Virus record (IMG/VR): IMGVR_UViG_3300005330_000014
Span: 96,001 to 160,000 of that record
Source: a virus
Lineage: Duplodnaviria > Caudoviricetes
Length of the DNA stretch: 64,000 nucleotides
Reading direction: 5' to 3' (one strand)
The notes beneath the pieces are model-generated. The model was not told where the DNA came from, searched no databases, and was given only the letters and a program-made list of their open reading frames with translations. Positions 47,961 through 58,401 of the stretch are shown in pieces; positions within the stretch are counted from its first letter, which is position 1; every line of letters begins with the position of its first letter. A program made the position numbers and the translations under genes.

Positions 47961-48389
47961 ATGGGAATAGAAGACGATAATTTTAATCAAGCCAAGGAAT
48001 TTGCTCATAACGCCCAAGAATCACAAGATGAAGCAGCGGTAGCTCGGGTGGCTAATAATCAAATTCAAAAGGCTCAATTAACAGTTCTTAAATTTATTGC
48101 TAGTATTGTAGCTACTTCAGCAGTAGCTCTTATTCCAGTAATAATTTCTGACCACTATGCTCTAGCAGACTTAAAAATGTCTGTTGGTCTGATTATCACA
48201 AGTCAAAAAACTGCGGATAGTAAAATTACAGACTTACAAAAAAGTGTATTTCCTGTTCGTTCTTGGTGGAGTTTTGGGATGCAAACAGATTTCGTTAAAC
48301 AGTTAGAATCTCAGAATAGAAATCTTAACTTCAAAACACCAGATGTTAAATCTATTCAAGAGTCTCATTTGGGAGATTTAGCTCCTTAA
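47961..48389 (+). CDS. single-pass membrane protein
   Basis: one TM (FIASIVATSAVALIPVII) followed by a coiled coil. Confidence 0.6.
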   Translation: MGIEDDNFNQAKEFAHNAQESQDEAAVARVANNQIQKAQLTVLKFIASIVATSAVALIPVIISDHYALADLKMSVGLIITSQKTADSKITDLQKSVFPVRSWWSFGMQTDFVKQLESQNRNLNFKTPDVKSIQESHLGDLAP

Positions 48390-48425
48390 ATTAATGAATC
48401 AAAATCATATAGCTTAAAAGAGCTT

Positions 48426-49208
48426 ATGATTGACATACTGGTATTAGATTTTAATAAAGAGCAGGAAAGTATTATCCTGCTTCATTCTATACAGAAATAT
48501 TGTAAGTTTCCATATAGAGTAATATTTTTAGATAATGGCTCAAAAAAGTATTATTCTTATGATTTTCGAGATAAGGGATTTATAGACTACTTAATAGTCA
48601 ATGATAAAAACTACGGATTAGGGATAGGAACAAAGCAATTATTTGAAGCCGCGCAATCTGAGTACTGTTTTTACATACAAAATGATCAATATTTTCATAG
48701 AGATTTTCTAGAAACTGAACTTCTTTATCTACAAAGCGCGATTGATCAGAATTACCAAGGAAAAATAATTAAGTCTGTTTCTATTGCCGGGGATACTTGC
48801 CAAGGGCAATACTCCGAAAGGGCGCATTTAATTAAAGCTAAATTTTACCAATCGTTAGAACCCTTAAGTGAAGGTGGCTGTGGCCCAAAACACAACCTGA
48901 TTTGGAGAGAAGAACAAATCCAAAAGATTTATAAAAATAATAATTATCTTCACTATATCTATCAACATCCGTTAGTGGCGGATAATGGCAAAAGAGCCAT
49001 CCGAGAGAATCCAGACGGCTCCCTGTGGCAGCATGAGCCTGATTCCAAACGTCTTTGGTTATTGAATGGTCCAGTTAAGGAAAAGTTTGTTTATCCTTAT
49101 TTTACTGATGAAGAATGGGATAAAGTATTAGAAACTCAAACTTGGGCACCCGGGGTCGTACCCGAACGAGAACAAAACTCTTCATTTATAGTTCCACATT
49201 GGCATTAA
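48426..49208 (+). CDS. glycosyltransferase, GT2-like
   Basis: IDILVLDFN, VIFLDNGS, NYGLG, FYIQND. Confidence 0.8.
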   Translation: MIDILVLDFNKEQESIILLHSIQKYCKFPYRVIFLDNGSKKYYSYDFRDKGFIDYLIVNDKNYGLGIGTKQLFEAAQSEYCFYIQNDQYFHRDFLETELLYLQSAIDQNYQGKIIKSVSIAGDTCQGQYSERAHLIKAKFYQSLEPLSEGGCGPKHNLIWREEQIQKIYKNNNYLHYIYQHPLVADNGKRAIRENPDGSLWQHEPDSKRLWLLNGPVKEKFVYPYFTDEEWDKVLETQTWAPGVVPEREQNSSFIVPHWH

Positions 49209-49214
49209 AACAAT

Positions 49215-50033
49215 ATGTTTAGTATCTATTCTAGTTTATTCAATCTAAAATCTTTTGATATTGATTATCAATTCATTCTTAAGAATTGGGCGGATTTCAT
49301 TGGTTATCGTGGGGAAATTGTAATTGCAATCAATAATTCTTATGAGGATGACGGATATACTACCCAAAAGATAGTTACTTTGTCGCAAAAATACCCAATC
49401 AGAGTAGTTTATACAAATATTCCTTATAGTAAAAATACATTTGATGGAGATATTAAGAATGCCGCGCTACAGGCAACTAGCGATAAATTTCCTTTAAAAA
49501 TACAAATGGATTTTGACGAAGTAATTCCTTCATTTAGCCGCCCGCTTTGGGATGAAGTAGCAGACAAATTACTTAATTCTCCATATGAAGCAGTTTTTGT
49601 CCCAAGTATTGATTTGTATGGAGGTGAAACTCAAATTCGTAAAAATCATAATATTGGTCTAAAATGGAGAATTCATAAGAGAGGGTTAAAGCGTGGAGTT
49701 TGGCGCGGGGCTAAATTAGATAAAGGATTAATTGCTACCGACCGTTCGGATACATGTGAACTTTTATCCCCCGATGACGAATTAGTTCCTACTATTAATA
49801 TTACGCCGCCCGACTTCCTTAAGCCTGAAAATTCTCATAACCTAAGAGATAAAATTTATACTTTTCATTTAGGATATTTAAACTTAGCTCGTCGTCAAAA
49901 GCTAAATGAAGATTTTTGGTCTAAAAAATGGTCTGAACGCAGCGGAAAACCAGAAAATGTTATTATAGATTTAGAAAAACTTAAAAGAGAAGATACGGTT
50001 CCCCATAATTTGCCTCTTTGGGATAAAATTTAA
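49215..50033 (+). CDS. glycosyltransferase, GT2-like
   Basis: IKNAALQ, IQMDFDEVI, FHLGY. Confidence 0.72.
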   Translation: MFSIYSSLFNLKSFDIDYQFILKNWADFIGYRGEIVIAINNSYEDDGYTTQKIVTLSQKYPIRVVYTNIPYSKNTFDGDIKNAALQATSDKFPLKIQMDFDEVIPSFSRPLWDEVADKLLNSPYEAVFVPSIDLYGGETQIRKNHNIGLKWRIHKRGLKRGVWRGAKLDKGLIATDRSDTCELLSPDDELVPTINITPPDFLKPENSHNLRDKIYTFHLGYLNLARRQKLNEDFWSKKWSERSGKPENVIIDLEKLKREDTVPHNLPLWDKI

Positions 50034-50056
50034 GATAAAAATTATATACTCTAGTC

Positions 50057-50302
50057 ATGATACTAGATCGTAAATTTTTTAAATATCAGGTAATTGATAA
50101 AGCCACCGGACGCGAAGTTAAGTTACCGGAAAATTGCATATTAGATTATGTCAACGATAAAGAAGGAATGGTATGCTTTAAGAGTGTAGATAGTTTCACT
50201 AAAAGAGTGGTAAATCCCATGACTCATGAAGAATATGATGTTACGACTCCCGTTTCATATCACGTAAAATCGGCGGAAATTGAAATAATTTCACTATATT
50301 AA
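50057..50302 (+). CDS. hypothetical protein
   Basis: 81-aa ORF. Confidence 0.55.
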   Translation: MILDRKFFKYQVIDKATGREVKLPENCILDYVNDKEGMVCFKSVDSFTKRVVNPMTHEEYDVTTPVSYHVKSAEIEIISLY

Positions 50303-50305
50303 TTC

Positions 50306-51055
50306 ATGAGTTTACCAATTTCTCTACTTTTTGCTACTACTACTAAGGGTCATTTTGATAGACGCTATATTTATAGTTCCACTCTCCAAGATTGGGAAGC
50401 TCAAAAACATTTAGATATTTTCTCATACAAACGCGCACATATCAAGAATGGCAAAGAGGATGCTAATTGGACGGCAGAAGGAATGAGAGAAGATATTTTA
50501 TCTTATGATTTTAATGAAGTTTTAATTACTGAAGGTAATTTTAAACATTTTGATGCCAGTCACTCAATCGGTCAACTTCAAGATATAGGAACTTTAATCG
50601 AAAATATTCCCACTCCTTATATTTTCTTTCTTGAAGATGATTTTTTGGTCAGAGCTAAGAATAATAATTTAGAATTTCATATTAAACAATCAATTGAATT
50701 ATTGGAATCAAATGAGGGTGTATCTCAAGTTAGAGTTCCCCGGCATTTTAATGATTTCCCTCATTATAAAACTTTGCATCGCTGTCATAATGGTTGGTTA
50801 AGTCAAGATGATATTTTCAGTTTTAATCCATATATCGCGCGGACAAGTGATATTGTTAAATTATATAACTCAGTAGCCGTGCAACAAGATTTGATTATTG
50901 GATTAATTAACCAAGGAATATTAAACTCGGAATTAACTTTCACAAACTTGGCCCGCCAACTTCGCGGCCCTTATTCATTTTGGTCTTTTGGTAGCTCGAA
51001 CATTCAATGCTATCACATTGGAACGAAACAGGGAGAAGAAGATAAATTAGATTAA
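50306..51055 (+). CDS. glycosyltransferase-like protein (GT-A)
   Basis: YIFFLEDDF, FSFNP, CYHIG. Confidence 0.65.
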   Translation: MSLPISLLFATTTKGHFDRRYIYSSTLQDWEAQKHLDIFSYKRAHIKNGKEDANWTAEGMREDILSYDFNEVLITEGNFKHFDASHSIGQLQDIGTLIENIPTPYIFFLEDDFLVRAKNNNLEFHIKQSIELLESNEGVSQVRVPRHFNDFPHYKTLHRCHNGWLSQDDIFSFNPYIARTSDIVKLYNSVAVQQDLIIGLINQGILNSELTFTNLARQLRGPYSFWSFGSSNIQCYHIGTKQGEEDKLD

Positions 51056-51058
51056 TTT

Positions 51059-51523
51059 ATGCTTAATCCTAAAATTCGATTAATTATTAAAAATGCTTTC
51101 AAAGACACTACTTACTTTGGAAAAAGTATAATTATTTCACCAGATCAATTTCAGTCAGATTTAATTTGGAAAGAAGTAAATAGTATTCTGCCTACTTGGA
51201 TGCTTAGTCAGTCAAAATACTCGGCTATCAAGGAAATAAGATTAAAAAATCAGCATACTTTAATTTTTATCACCGATAGAAATCCTGATTATCTATGTGG
51301 ATATCGGGCAAATATAGTTTATCTAAACAAAATCACAAATCCTGAAACAATCCAACTAATCGCGCGGCCTTTGTTATCTGTTCAATTTAACCCAGTAGAA
51401 CAAGAAAAAACAAATGAATTTGAAAATGAATTGATTAGATTGGGGATTTATGATGAATCCGACCGAACTAAATTTCCACAACCCAAACTAATTAATTTAG
51501 ACGAATTAGGCATTTTACTATAA
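51059..51523 (+). CDS. hypothetical protein resembling a fragment of a terminase-type ATPase
   Basis: IRLKNQHTLIF..NPDYLCGYRANIVYLNK parallels NGSxI..npdxlRGxxxxxxxDE, but without Walker A or the Walker B acids. Confidence 0.4.
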   Translation: MLNPKIRLIIKNAFKDTTYFGKSIIISPDQFQSDLIWKEVNSILPTWMLSQSKYSAIKEIRLKNQHTLIFITDRNPDYLCGYRANIVYLNKITNPETIQLIARPLLSVQFNPVEQEKTNEFENELIRLGIYDESDRTKFPQPKLINLDELGILL

Positions 51524-51525
51524 CT

Positions 51526-51885
51526 ATGATTAACCTCTTAATTGATGAAGGGTATTACGTTGATTTTCTAAGTATTTTAGAAGTCAAGTTGTTAAAATCT
51601 GATGACAAAACGCGCGACTCACTTTCCAAACAATTTCTTTTTTATTCTAATTCTTTAGGCGAACAAATTGGAGATTCAAAACTCGAAGAAATTCTCGACA
51701 GCGTTCTTTATAAAAAACTAAAAGATGTTAATCAAATTCTTTTTGAGACGATAGATAATTGTAAGAAGTATCAAATTGATGCGCGCACGATTGACGCAAT
51801 GAACCATACTCGCTGGATTTTAAAGAACGAAATACAAAGAACATTTTTTGGTAAATCTACGGGGGAAGTTAAAATAGGATATTAA
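51526..51885 (+). CDS. DUF6165/DUF4254-like helical protein
   Basis: DFLSILEVK, VNQILFETID, N..R..LK..I, EVKIGY pattern of small proteins found in glycosylation clusters. Confidence 0.55.
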   Translation: MINLLIDEGYYVDFLSILEVKLLKSDDKTRDSLSKQFLFYSNSLGEQIGDSKLEEILDSVLYKKLKDVNQILFETIDNCKKYQIDARTIDAMNHTRWILKNEIQRTFFGKSTGEVKIGY

Positions 51886-51888
51886 AAA

Positions 51889-52533
51889 ATGGTTTTTCCT
51901 TTTGTTGTTTACGGTAAGAATCGTTCTAATGATGTTTTAGAATGGCATAAGAAAGTATATGACCGTTTGGGAATCGCGATGAATTATTTTGAATTTGATT
52001 TCCCTTATATTTCTCATGGCAACGCTATTGATCAAGTCATTCATTCTTTAATTAATGGCGGAAACTGTCCCGATTACTTTATAATCAGTGAAATTGATAG
52101 TATTCCTTTAAGATTTGATACTTTTGGCGATCTATATAAAAAAGTTGAAGACAAGCAAACAATAGCGGGCGGATTTCATCAGAGCAATCATTTAACCAAA
52201 GCAGATGGAACTTGTAATCGGCCTTATATCAGTCCTTCCATGCATATGATTTCAACAAAATTATATAATGATTTAGGGCGACCAAGCTATGACCACGGCG
52301 GGGATTGTGATTGCGCCGAATTAGTAACTAAAGTAGCTCAAGAAAAAGGATATTGTATAGCTGGAATTTGGCCGCGCGCAGTAGATCAACCTATGTATGA
52401 TTTAGGGAATGGTTTAAAATTTGGATTTGGAACGACCTACGGGAATTACTATTACCATCAAATGAATTCGAGTCAAGATGGTCATGTAGAAAATTTTATA
52501 GCTAAATGCAAAGAAGTAATACAAAATAACTAA
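51889..52533 (+). CDS. glycosyltransferase-like protein (GT-A)
   Basis: HGNAID, IISEIDSIPL, YHQ. Confidence 0.55.
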   Translation: MVFPFVVYGKNRSNDVLEWHKKVYDRLGIAMNYFEFDFPYISHGNAIDQVIHSLINGGNCPDYFIISEIDSIPLRFDTFGDLYKKVEDKQTIAGGFHQSNHLTKADGTCNRPYISPSMHMISTKLYNDLGRPSYDHGGDCDCAELVTKVAQEKGYCIAGIWPRAVDQPMYDLGNGLKFGFGTTYGNYYYHQMNSSQDGHVENFIAKCKEVIQNN

Positions 52534-52542
52534 AAAATTAAT

Positions 52543-52713
52543 ATGCTAGATTCGGGAATACAACAAATCAGTGACTATATGACTTCAATTGGAGATGATG
52601 ACTATATTTTAGATGATTATACGATAATTGATGGGGAAGTAAGATTAATAGCGACTTGTACGCAGGGAGAATTACATCCCGATTCTTACGACGAATTTGG
52701 TTATCCTATTTAA
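52543..52713 (+). CDS. small acidic protein (56 aa, not in ORF track)
   Basis: MLDSGIQQ...DEFGYPI fills the gap before ATG 52716. Confidence 0.55.
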   Translation: MLDSGIQQISDYMTSIGDDDYILDDYTIIDGEVRLIATCTQGELHPDSYDEFGYPI

Positions 52714-52715
52714 TT

Positions 52716-53384
52716 ATGAAGATCGACGCTTTTATTACTTGTGTTGGGGAAAATGCTAGGAAATTTCTAGCTGTTTCTCTCGGCTTTAACAAGAAACTAT
52801 TTGACAATGTTTATGTTATCACGACTGAAAAATCAACTGAAACTCATGAATTGTGCGCCCGGGCCGGAGTAGAATGTGTTACTACTGATTTATTTTACAA
52901 AAATCACGCAGTATTCAATCGCGGGGCTGCCCTTAATGATGTTTTTGATTTAATTAAACCTGCCGATTGGGTTTGTCATTTAGATGCCGACATTATCTTA
53001 CCCTCCACTTTCCTTGAATGGAAAAATAATTATAATGATTCTATTGAATATTTTTGGGGGTGCCGCCGGATTTTTATCCCGGCCATTTATGATTTATCTG
53101 ATTTAATGACTGGAAAAGTAATCGAAGACGTTTTTGAAAAACCTTACGGAATTGGTTATGGGTATATGCAACTTTGGAACGTTAATAGTGAAGTTGTTAA
53201 ATCGGGGGCTAAATATCCTGAAAGTTATGATTCATCTAATTCTGACTGGCAGTGGCGCAACTTTTGGGGCGAAACAATTAACGGAGACAAAGAATATACT
53301 AAAAATTTAAAGGAATTACCAATTAGCTGTTTACATTTAGGGCTGCCCGGCCTTGATAATAACCAAAGTTTTTGGGGAGAATAA
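52716..53384 (+). CDS. glycosyltransferase, GT2-like
   Basis: FNRGAALN, CHLDADIIL, GYMQLW, CLHLG; likely start ATG 52716. Confidence 0.75.
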   Translation: MKIDAFITCVGENARKFLAVSLGFNKKLFDNVYVITTEKSTETHELCARAGVECVTTDLFYKNHAVFNRGAALNDVFDLIKPADWVCHLDADIILPSTFLEWKNNYNDSIEYFWGCRRIFIPAIYDLSDLMTGKVIEDVFEKPYGIGYGYMQLWNVNSEVVKSGAKYPESYDSSNSDWQWRNFWGETINGDKEYTKNLKELPISCLHLGLPGLDNNQSFWGE

Positions 53385-53385
53385 C

Positions 53386-53985
53386 ATGGGAAGTTTATCT
53401 TACTTCAATCTCAATGATTATGTTAATCAGTATAATCTAAATGGATTTCTTGAAACGGGTTTGGGACACGGGCATGGGATTCAATATGCTACTACTTGCA
53501 ACTTTGAAATTTGTTATTCAATTGAAATATCTAAAGAAGTAATTCAACGATATCACAGGATGTATGGTAATAATTCAAAAATTAATATTATACAAGGAAC
53601 TAGCAAATTTGGATTACAGCATGTATTTGAACATGATTCCAATAAACAATATTTAATCTTTTTGGATGCCCATTTCCCGGCGGCTGATTTAGGTTTTGCA
53701 GGTTTTAATGATGAAAAGAATGACTCTCTTAAGTATCCCCTGCTTGACGAATTAAAAATAATTAAAAGCCGCGCGGATAAAGGTTATAAAGACGTTATAA
53801 TTGTCGATGACTTAATGTTTTATTCAAACGAGATTTTCCCAGATTCTCATATTAAAAGCTATTTTAAAATTGAGCCGCCAAAAGACAATAACTGCTTAGA
53901 TAAAATCATGAGTTATTTTGATAAAACTCACAAAGCAGAATTGGTTAAACAGTTTAGTGGTTTTGGGATTTTTACACCTAATTAA
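53386..53985 (+). CDS. class I SAM-dependent methyltransferase-like protein
   Basis: FLETGLGHG, SIEI, IFLDAH, IIVDD. Confidence 0.72.
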   Translation: MGSLSYFNLNDYVNQYNLNGFLETGLGHGHGIQYATTCNFEICYSIEISKEVIQRYHRMYGNNSKINIIQGTSKFGLQHVFEHDSNKQYLIFLDAHFPAADLGFAGFNDEKNDSLKYPLLDELKIIKSRADKGYKDVIIVDDLMFYSNEIFPDSHIKSYFKIEPPKDNNCLDKIMSYFDKTHKAELVKQFSGFGIFTPN

Positions 53986-53986
53986 T

Positions 53987-54802
53987 ATGAAAATAGCAGG
54001 ATGGAATTTCGGATTGTTTGGTGATTTAGTTATGAATACTACATTAGCCAAAACTTTTAAAACTCATAACCCAGATAGTAATTTAATTTTTTGTGTTGGA
54101 CGCAAATATTCTGCAATTTTACCTTTATTTTATAATCATCCTTGCATAGATGGATTTCACGTATGGGAAGGTTGTGATGATTGGCCGACCAATAATGATA
54201 GTAAATATATAGAGTCTGGGCGATTTGATAAAGTATATTCCGCGTGCCCTCAACATAAACGGCAAGATTGGTATAAATACAATCATTATATTGAAGAAGT
54301 GCATGATATGAACGATTTCCCTCCACCTGTCGATATGCAATGTCATTTAGATAAATGGTTTCAAACAGAAGAAAGAAGTCAAAAACTAATAACAACTTCT
54401 TTAGTTTCTGGAAATGATCCGCTTGGGCGCGCACTTGATTCTAATCAAATACTAAGCTTACACAAAGATATTGAAAAGTTAGGATATAAAGTGGTTAGGC
54501 TGGATACCAAACAATGCCCAACATTAGAAAATGATTATCCTGCTTCCAAACTTAGTTTATTAGACGCGGTAAAGTTATTACTAACTTCTAAACTACATTT
54601 AACAGTTGACACTTCTTATTCGTGGATCGGTTCAAGTTATAGTCATCCAGTTTTATCTCTACATGGAATTAATTATCCAGATATGGATATTGAGCATGTG
54701 AAAAGTCACGTTCCCTTTAATCCAAATGCGCGAGCTATAATTTCAAACAGTGTCAAGGAAATAAAAAATCAATCTATTATTGATGTTATCAAATCTTTCT
54801 AA
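53987..54802 (+). CDS. glycosyltransferase, GT9 (heptosyltransferase)-like
   Basis: GLFGDLVM..K..PDS.L, HLTVDTSYSWIG. Confidence 0.75.
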   Translation: MKIAGWNFGLFGDLVMNTTLAKTFKTHNPDSNLIFCVGRKYSAILPLFYNHPCIDGFHVWEGCDDWPTNNDSKYIESGRFDKVYSACPQHKRQDWYKYNHYIEEVHDMNDFPPPVDMQCHLDKWFQTEERSQKLITTSLVSGNDPLGRALDSNQILSLHKDIEKLGYKVVRLDTKQCPTLENDYPASKLSLLDAVKLLLTSKLHLTVDTSYSWIGSSYSHPVLSLHGINYPDMDIEHVKSHVPFNPNARAIISNSVKEIKNQSIIDVIKSF

Positions 54803-54818
54803 ATTATATAGATAAAGA

Positions 54819-55316
54819 ATGAGTAACACTGAAGTTCATTTTAGTTCAAAATCTAACGAATGGGAAACCCCTAAATATGTTTTTAATTATTTAGACAATG
54901 AGTTCAATTTTACTCTGGACGCAGCAGCGACAAAAGATAATTGGTTGATTTCTGATTACTTTACTCCTGAAGACGATGCTCTTACAAAAGATTGGTCGGC
55001 ATATAAATCAATTTGGTGTAATCCTCCTTATGGCAGGTTAATAAGTAAGTTTATTCAAAAAGGTTATGAAGAATCTTTGAAAGGATGTACTGTTGTTTTC
55101 CTAATCCCGGCCCGCGTGGATACTAAATGGTGGCACGAATATTGTTCAAAAGGTGAAGTTAGATTTATAAAAGGTAGATTGAGTTTTAACAACAGATCAT
55201 TTCCGTCGTGGCGCGAAGATGGAAGTCATTTAAAATCCCCGGCACCCTTTCCGTGCGCCGTTGTTATTTTCGGCAACTCACCATCAACTTCCTATGTCAC
55301 TATTCCAAAACCTTAA
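54819..55316 (+). CDS. phage DNA N6-adenine methyltransferase (Dam family)
   Basis: WETP, FTLDAAA, WCNPPYG, LIPARVDTKWW, IKGRLSF. Confidence 0.9.
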   Translation: MSNTEVHFSSKSNEWETPKYVFNYLDNEFNFTLDAAATKDNWLISDYFTPEDDALTKDWSAYKSIWCNPPYGRLISKFIQKGYEESLKGCTVVFLIPARVDTKWWHEYCSKGEVRFIKGRLSFNNRSFPSWREDGSHLKSPAPFPCAVVIFGNSPSTSYVTIPKP

Positions 55317-55332
55317 ACAACTAATTTTCAAT

Positions 55333-56389
55333 ATGATTCATGCAAAACGTCCCCGGGTTTTATTCATTTTAAAAAAAAGAAATAATCAATGGGGGCCGCA
55401 TGATGGATACAGTGCTTGCGGTGGATTTAGTTCGGGATTGTATAATTCTGCTAATTTCGTTAATGAAATGCTACGAGAAAATAATATCGAATCCAATATT
55501 GTTGAGGTATTTGACGGACATTGTATTGATAAAGAAGTTCATACTTTTCAACCCACTCATGTAATTTTAGAAGCAATTGTTTTTCCTCCTGAGAAGTTTC
55601 AAATTTTAACTAAACTTCATCCAAAAATTAAATGGATTATTCGTAACCATAGCGAAGTTCCTTTTCTAGCAAATGAGGGGAACGGGATAGATTGGATGCT
55701 GAAATATATTAAATATCCAAATGTTTATATTTCAAATAATTCAAAAAATATCAATACTGATTTTATGGATTTGGTTGGATATTTGGGGTGCCCACCGGAT
55801 AAAGTTGTTTATTTACCCAACTATTATCATCCAAAAAGATCATACAAAACATGTCCATCGGCACGGGGAAGAGTTGCATATTGCCTGTCTAGGGGCAATC
55901 CGTCCGTTGAAAAATCAAGTCATTCAAGCAGTGGCCGCAATTGAGTTTGCAGAGAAAATTAATAAACCATTAAGATTTCATGTTAACGGAACAAGAGTCG
56001 AGGGTAATGGTGAGCCAGTTCTTAAAAATCTCAGATTACTATTTACTCATTTTCCGAAGCATAAGTTGATTGAACATCCTTGGCGTCCTCATAATGAGTT
56101 TTTAGAACTTATTGGGAAGATGGATATTTCAATGCAGGTATCTTTTAGTGAGACGTTCAATATAATTACTGCCGATGCCGTTTCAATGGGTATTCCAATT
56201 GTTGTATCCCCTGAAATTAAATGGGTGGATTATATGTCACATGCCAATCCAAACGACACAGACAGTATAGTAAACAAATTAAATGCGGCATATGGCAACT
56301 ACTATCTCCCCACAGTAAATAAACATTTGCTTAAACAATACTCTAAGAAAAGTAAAGATATTTGGTTAGATTTTCTAAAAATAAAATGA
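55333..56389 (+). pseudogene. GT4 glycosyltransferase split by a +1 frameshift near 55831-55850
   Basis: N-half (SGLYNSA..YLPNYY) and C-half (CLGAIRPLKN, SFSETFNI..DA..G.P) lie in different frames; removing 1 nt gives 351 aa. Confidence 0.75.
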
Positions 56390-56748
56390 GTAAAACTATT
56401 CTTCCTTCGTTTTGTTTCCCTTGGGAAAATTCTTTTAAATCTGGCGATGTAATTTCATTAGAAAATGAAGTAACTAAAGAAGGAAAACATATTACCAATT
56501 ATTACAAATTTATTGGAGTGTTGTCTTGTAAAGGACACATAAACAATAAACAAAAGCCGCGCGATTTGATTGTTTTGCAAAACATTAATACCAAAGATTT
56601 CATCGGCGGGCGGATTGGAGTTGATGTAGCTTTTAGTAAAAGTTTATTAAGATTTGTTACTATGTTCGACGGGATTTGCTATGGGAAAACTATAAGCGAA
56701 TTGAAAAGAGTATATGGTTGGCAGGACGCACTAGAATTAGAAAAGTAA
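56386..56748 (+). CDS. hypothetical protein
   Basis: likely start ATG 56386 overlapping the upstream stop. Confidence 0.55.
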   Translation: MSKTILPSFCFPWENSFKSGDVISLENEVTKEGKHITNYYKFIGVLSCKGHINNKQKPRDLIVLQNINTKDFIGGRIGVDVAFSKSLLRFVTMFDGICYGKTISELKRVYGWQDALELEK

Positions 56749-56754
56749 CTAATT

Positions 56755-57648
56755 ATGAAAATTAGAATATATGGTGAACCCAGTGATAATACAGTTTGGC
56801 CCCCGGCCTATTTACCAGCGATTAAGCGCGGATTAATTGAACTGGGTCATGAGTTAGTTGATGACGTAAAATTAGCAGACGTATTATATTGTAATGATCC
56901 TAACGGGGAATACCAAATTTCACATGATACGATAGATTTTAATAAGCCGAGTGTTCTTAATATTTTAGATATTCCAACGTATTTATCTGAATTTCATCTA
57001 AATAGAGTGCTTGGAAACTTAAATTGGAGAATTGAACAAGTTAATGCGGTTACTTCAATTTCTAAAACCGTTCAATCACAAATCAAAGAGATATTTGGAG
57101 TAGATAGTACGGTTGTATATCAGCCAACTAAACCAATAACGCGATTGAATTTAGAAAAAAAAGAAAGTGGAGTAAAGTTTCTTTATGTTGGTCGCGCACA
57201 TAGCCCAAACAAAAGATTTGATTTGGTCAAGAATCTAATTCAAAAGTATTACGAAGAGGGCCAATTACTTATTATAGGATCAGAAAATCCTTGTTTTGGA
57301 ACATATGTTGGCATGGTTAATGATGTAACTTTAAATAATTATTATAATCTTTGCGATTATGTTTTATTGCCAAGCTCATTTGAAGGAATTGGTTTAACTA
57401 GCATTGAAGCAATTTTAGCAGGCAAATATCCAATACTAAGTAATGATTGCGCGGCTGCAATAGAATTTCTCCCCGAGTTCGCCTGCGACCCAAATCCGGC
57501 GGCTATGTTTGAAAAAATTCAAGAAATTGAAAACAATAAATCCCATTATGACTGGTTAGTTCGACAGTATGATAGAAAGTACCGTGAACAATTCAATTAT
57601 AAATCCGTGGCACAAAATATTGTCAATGTTTTAGAAAGCGTTATTTAA
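56755..57648 (+). CDS. glycosyltransferase, GT4/GT-B
   Basis: LYVGRA..NKR, LPSSFEGIGL..IEAI..G. Confidence 0.85.
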   Translation: MKIRIYGEPSDNTVWPPAYLPAIKRGLIELGHELVDDVKLADVLYCNDPNGEYQISHDTIDFNKPSVLNILDIPTYLSEFHLNRVLGNLNWRIEQVNAVTSISKTVQSQIKEIFGVDSTVVYQPTKPITRLNLEKKESGVKFLYVGRAHSPNKRFDLVKNLIQKYYEEGQLLIIGSENPCFGTYVGMVNDVTLNNYYNLCDYVLLPSSFEGIGLTSIEAILAGKYPILSNDCAAAIEFLPEFACDPNPAAMFEKIQEIENNKSHYDWLVRQYDRKYREQFNYKSVAQNIVNVLESVI

Positions 57649-57649
57649 A

Positions 57650-58399
57650 ATGAAAATAGGAATTATTTTTACAGCGTTCAACTCAGCAGATTTAATCCTT
57701 AAATGCCTAGACCCGTGGATTAAAGTTAAAAACACTTTAAATCATCAGTTTGTTTATAGTTGCGTTTCAGTCCCTTTTGAAAAATTCAATATAGATAAAA
57801 CTGACAATACAGTTGAATTAATTAAAACAACTGGCATCATGGATTTTTTGTTTGCCGATGGACAATTCAAATCTGAAATAGCCGCGCGGGGCATCTGTTT
57901 AGATTATTTAAAAGATAATGGGTGTGATTTTATTTGGCAAGTTGATGCTGACGAATTTTATACAGTAGAAGATATAACAAATATAGTTAATTACATAGAA
58001 AAAGACAAATCTACATTCTGGTGGAAACTTTGTCTTAAAAACTATTTTCAAACAGACAAACAATATTTGGCTGAACCATTTACTCCGGCGCGGATTTTTA
58101 GAGTTAATCAACCTCCTTATAAATTGGGTGATTTCATTCAAGATAATGACATTTCGTTTTTTTATCAACGGGCAGAAATACCTAATTCATTTGTTAAAAG
58201 TAAAGTGATTCCACGCGAAGTAAATTGGACAAAGCACTTAAGTTGGTTAAACGGGTCGCGTAGTCGCGACAAAATTTTTTACCAAAATAAACGCTGGGGT
58301 AAGTCAAGTTATATATATGATGAGGTTACAGAAACGGTAAACTTTAATCCTGACTATTATCCCGGTGGACAATTTCCTGAAGTAATACAAGAAATTTAA
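57650..58399 (+). CDS. glycosyltransferase, GT2-like
   Basis: EIAARG, WQVDADEFY, KHLSW. Confidence 0.78.
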   Translation: MKIGIIFTAFNSADLILKCLDPWIKVKNTLNHQFVYSCVSVPFEKFNIDKTDNTVELIKTTGIMDFLFADGQFKSEIAARGICLDYLKDNGCDFIWQVDADEFYTVEDITNIVNYIEKDKSTFWWKLCLKNYFQTDKQYLAEPFTPARIFRVNQPPYKLGDFIQDNDISFFYQRAEIPNSFVKSKVIPREVNWTKHLSWLNGSRSRDKIFYQNKRWGKSSYIYDEVTETVNFNPDYYPGGQFPEVIQEI

Positions 58400-58401
58400 A
58401 T

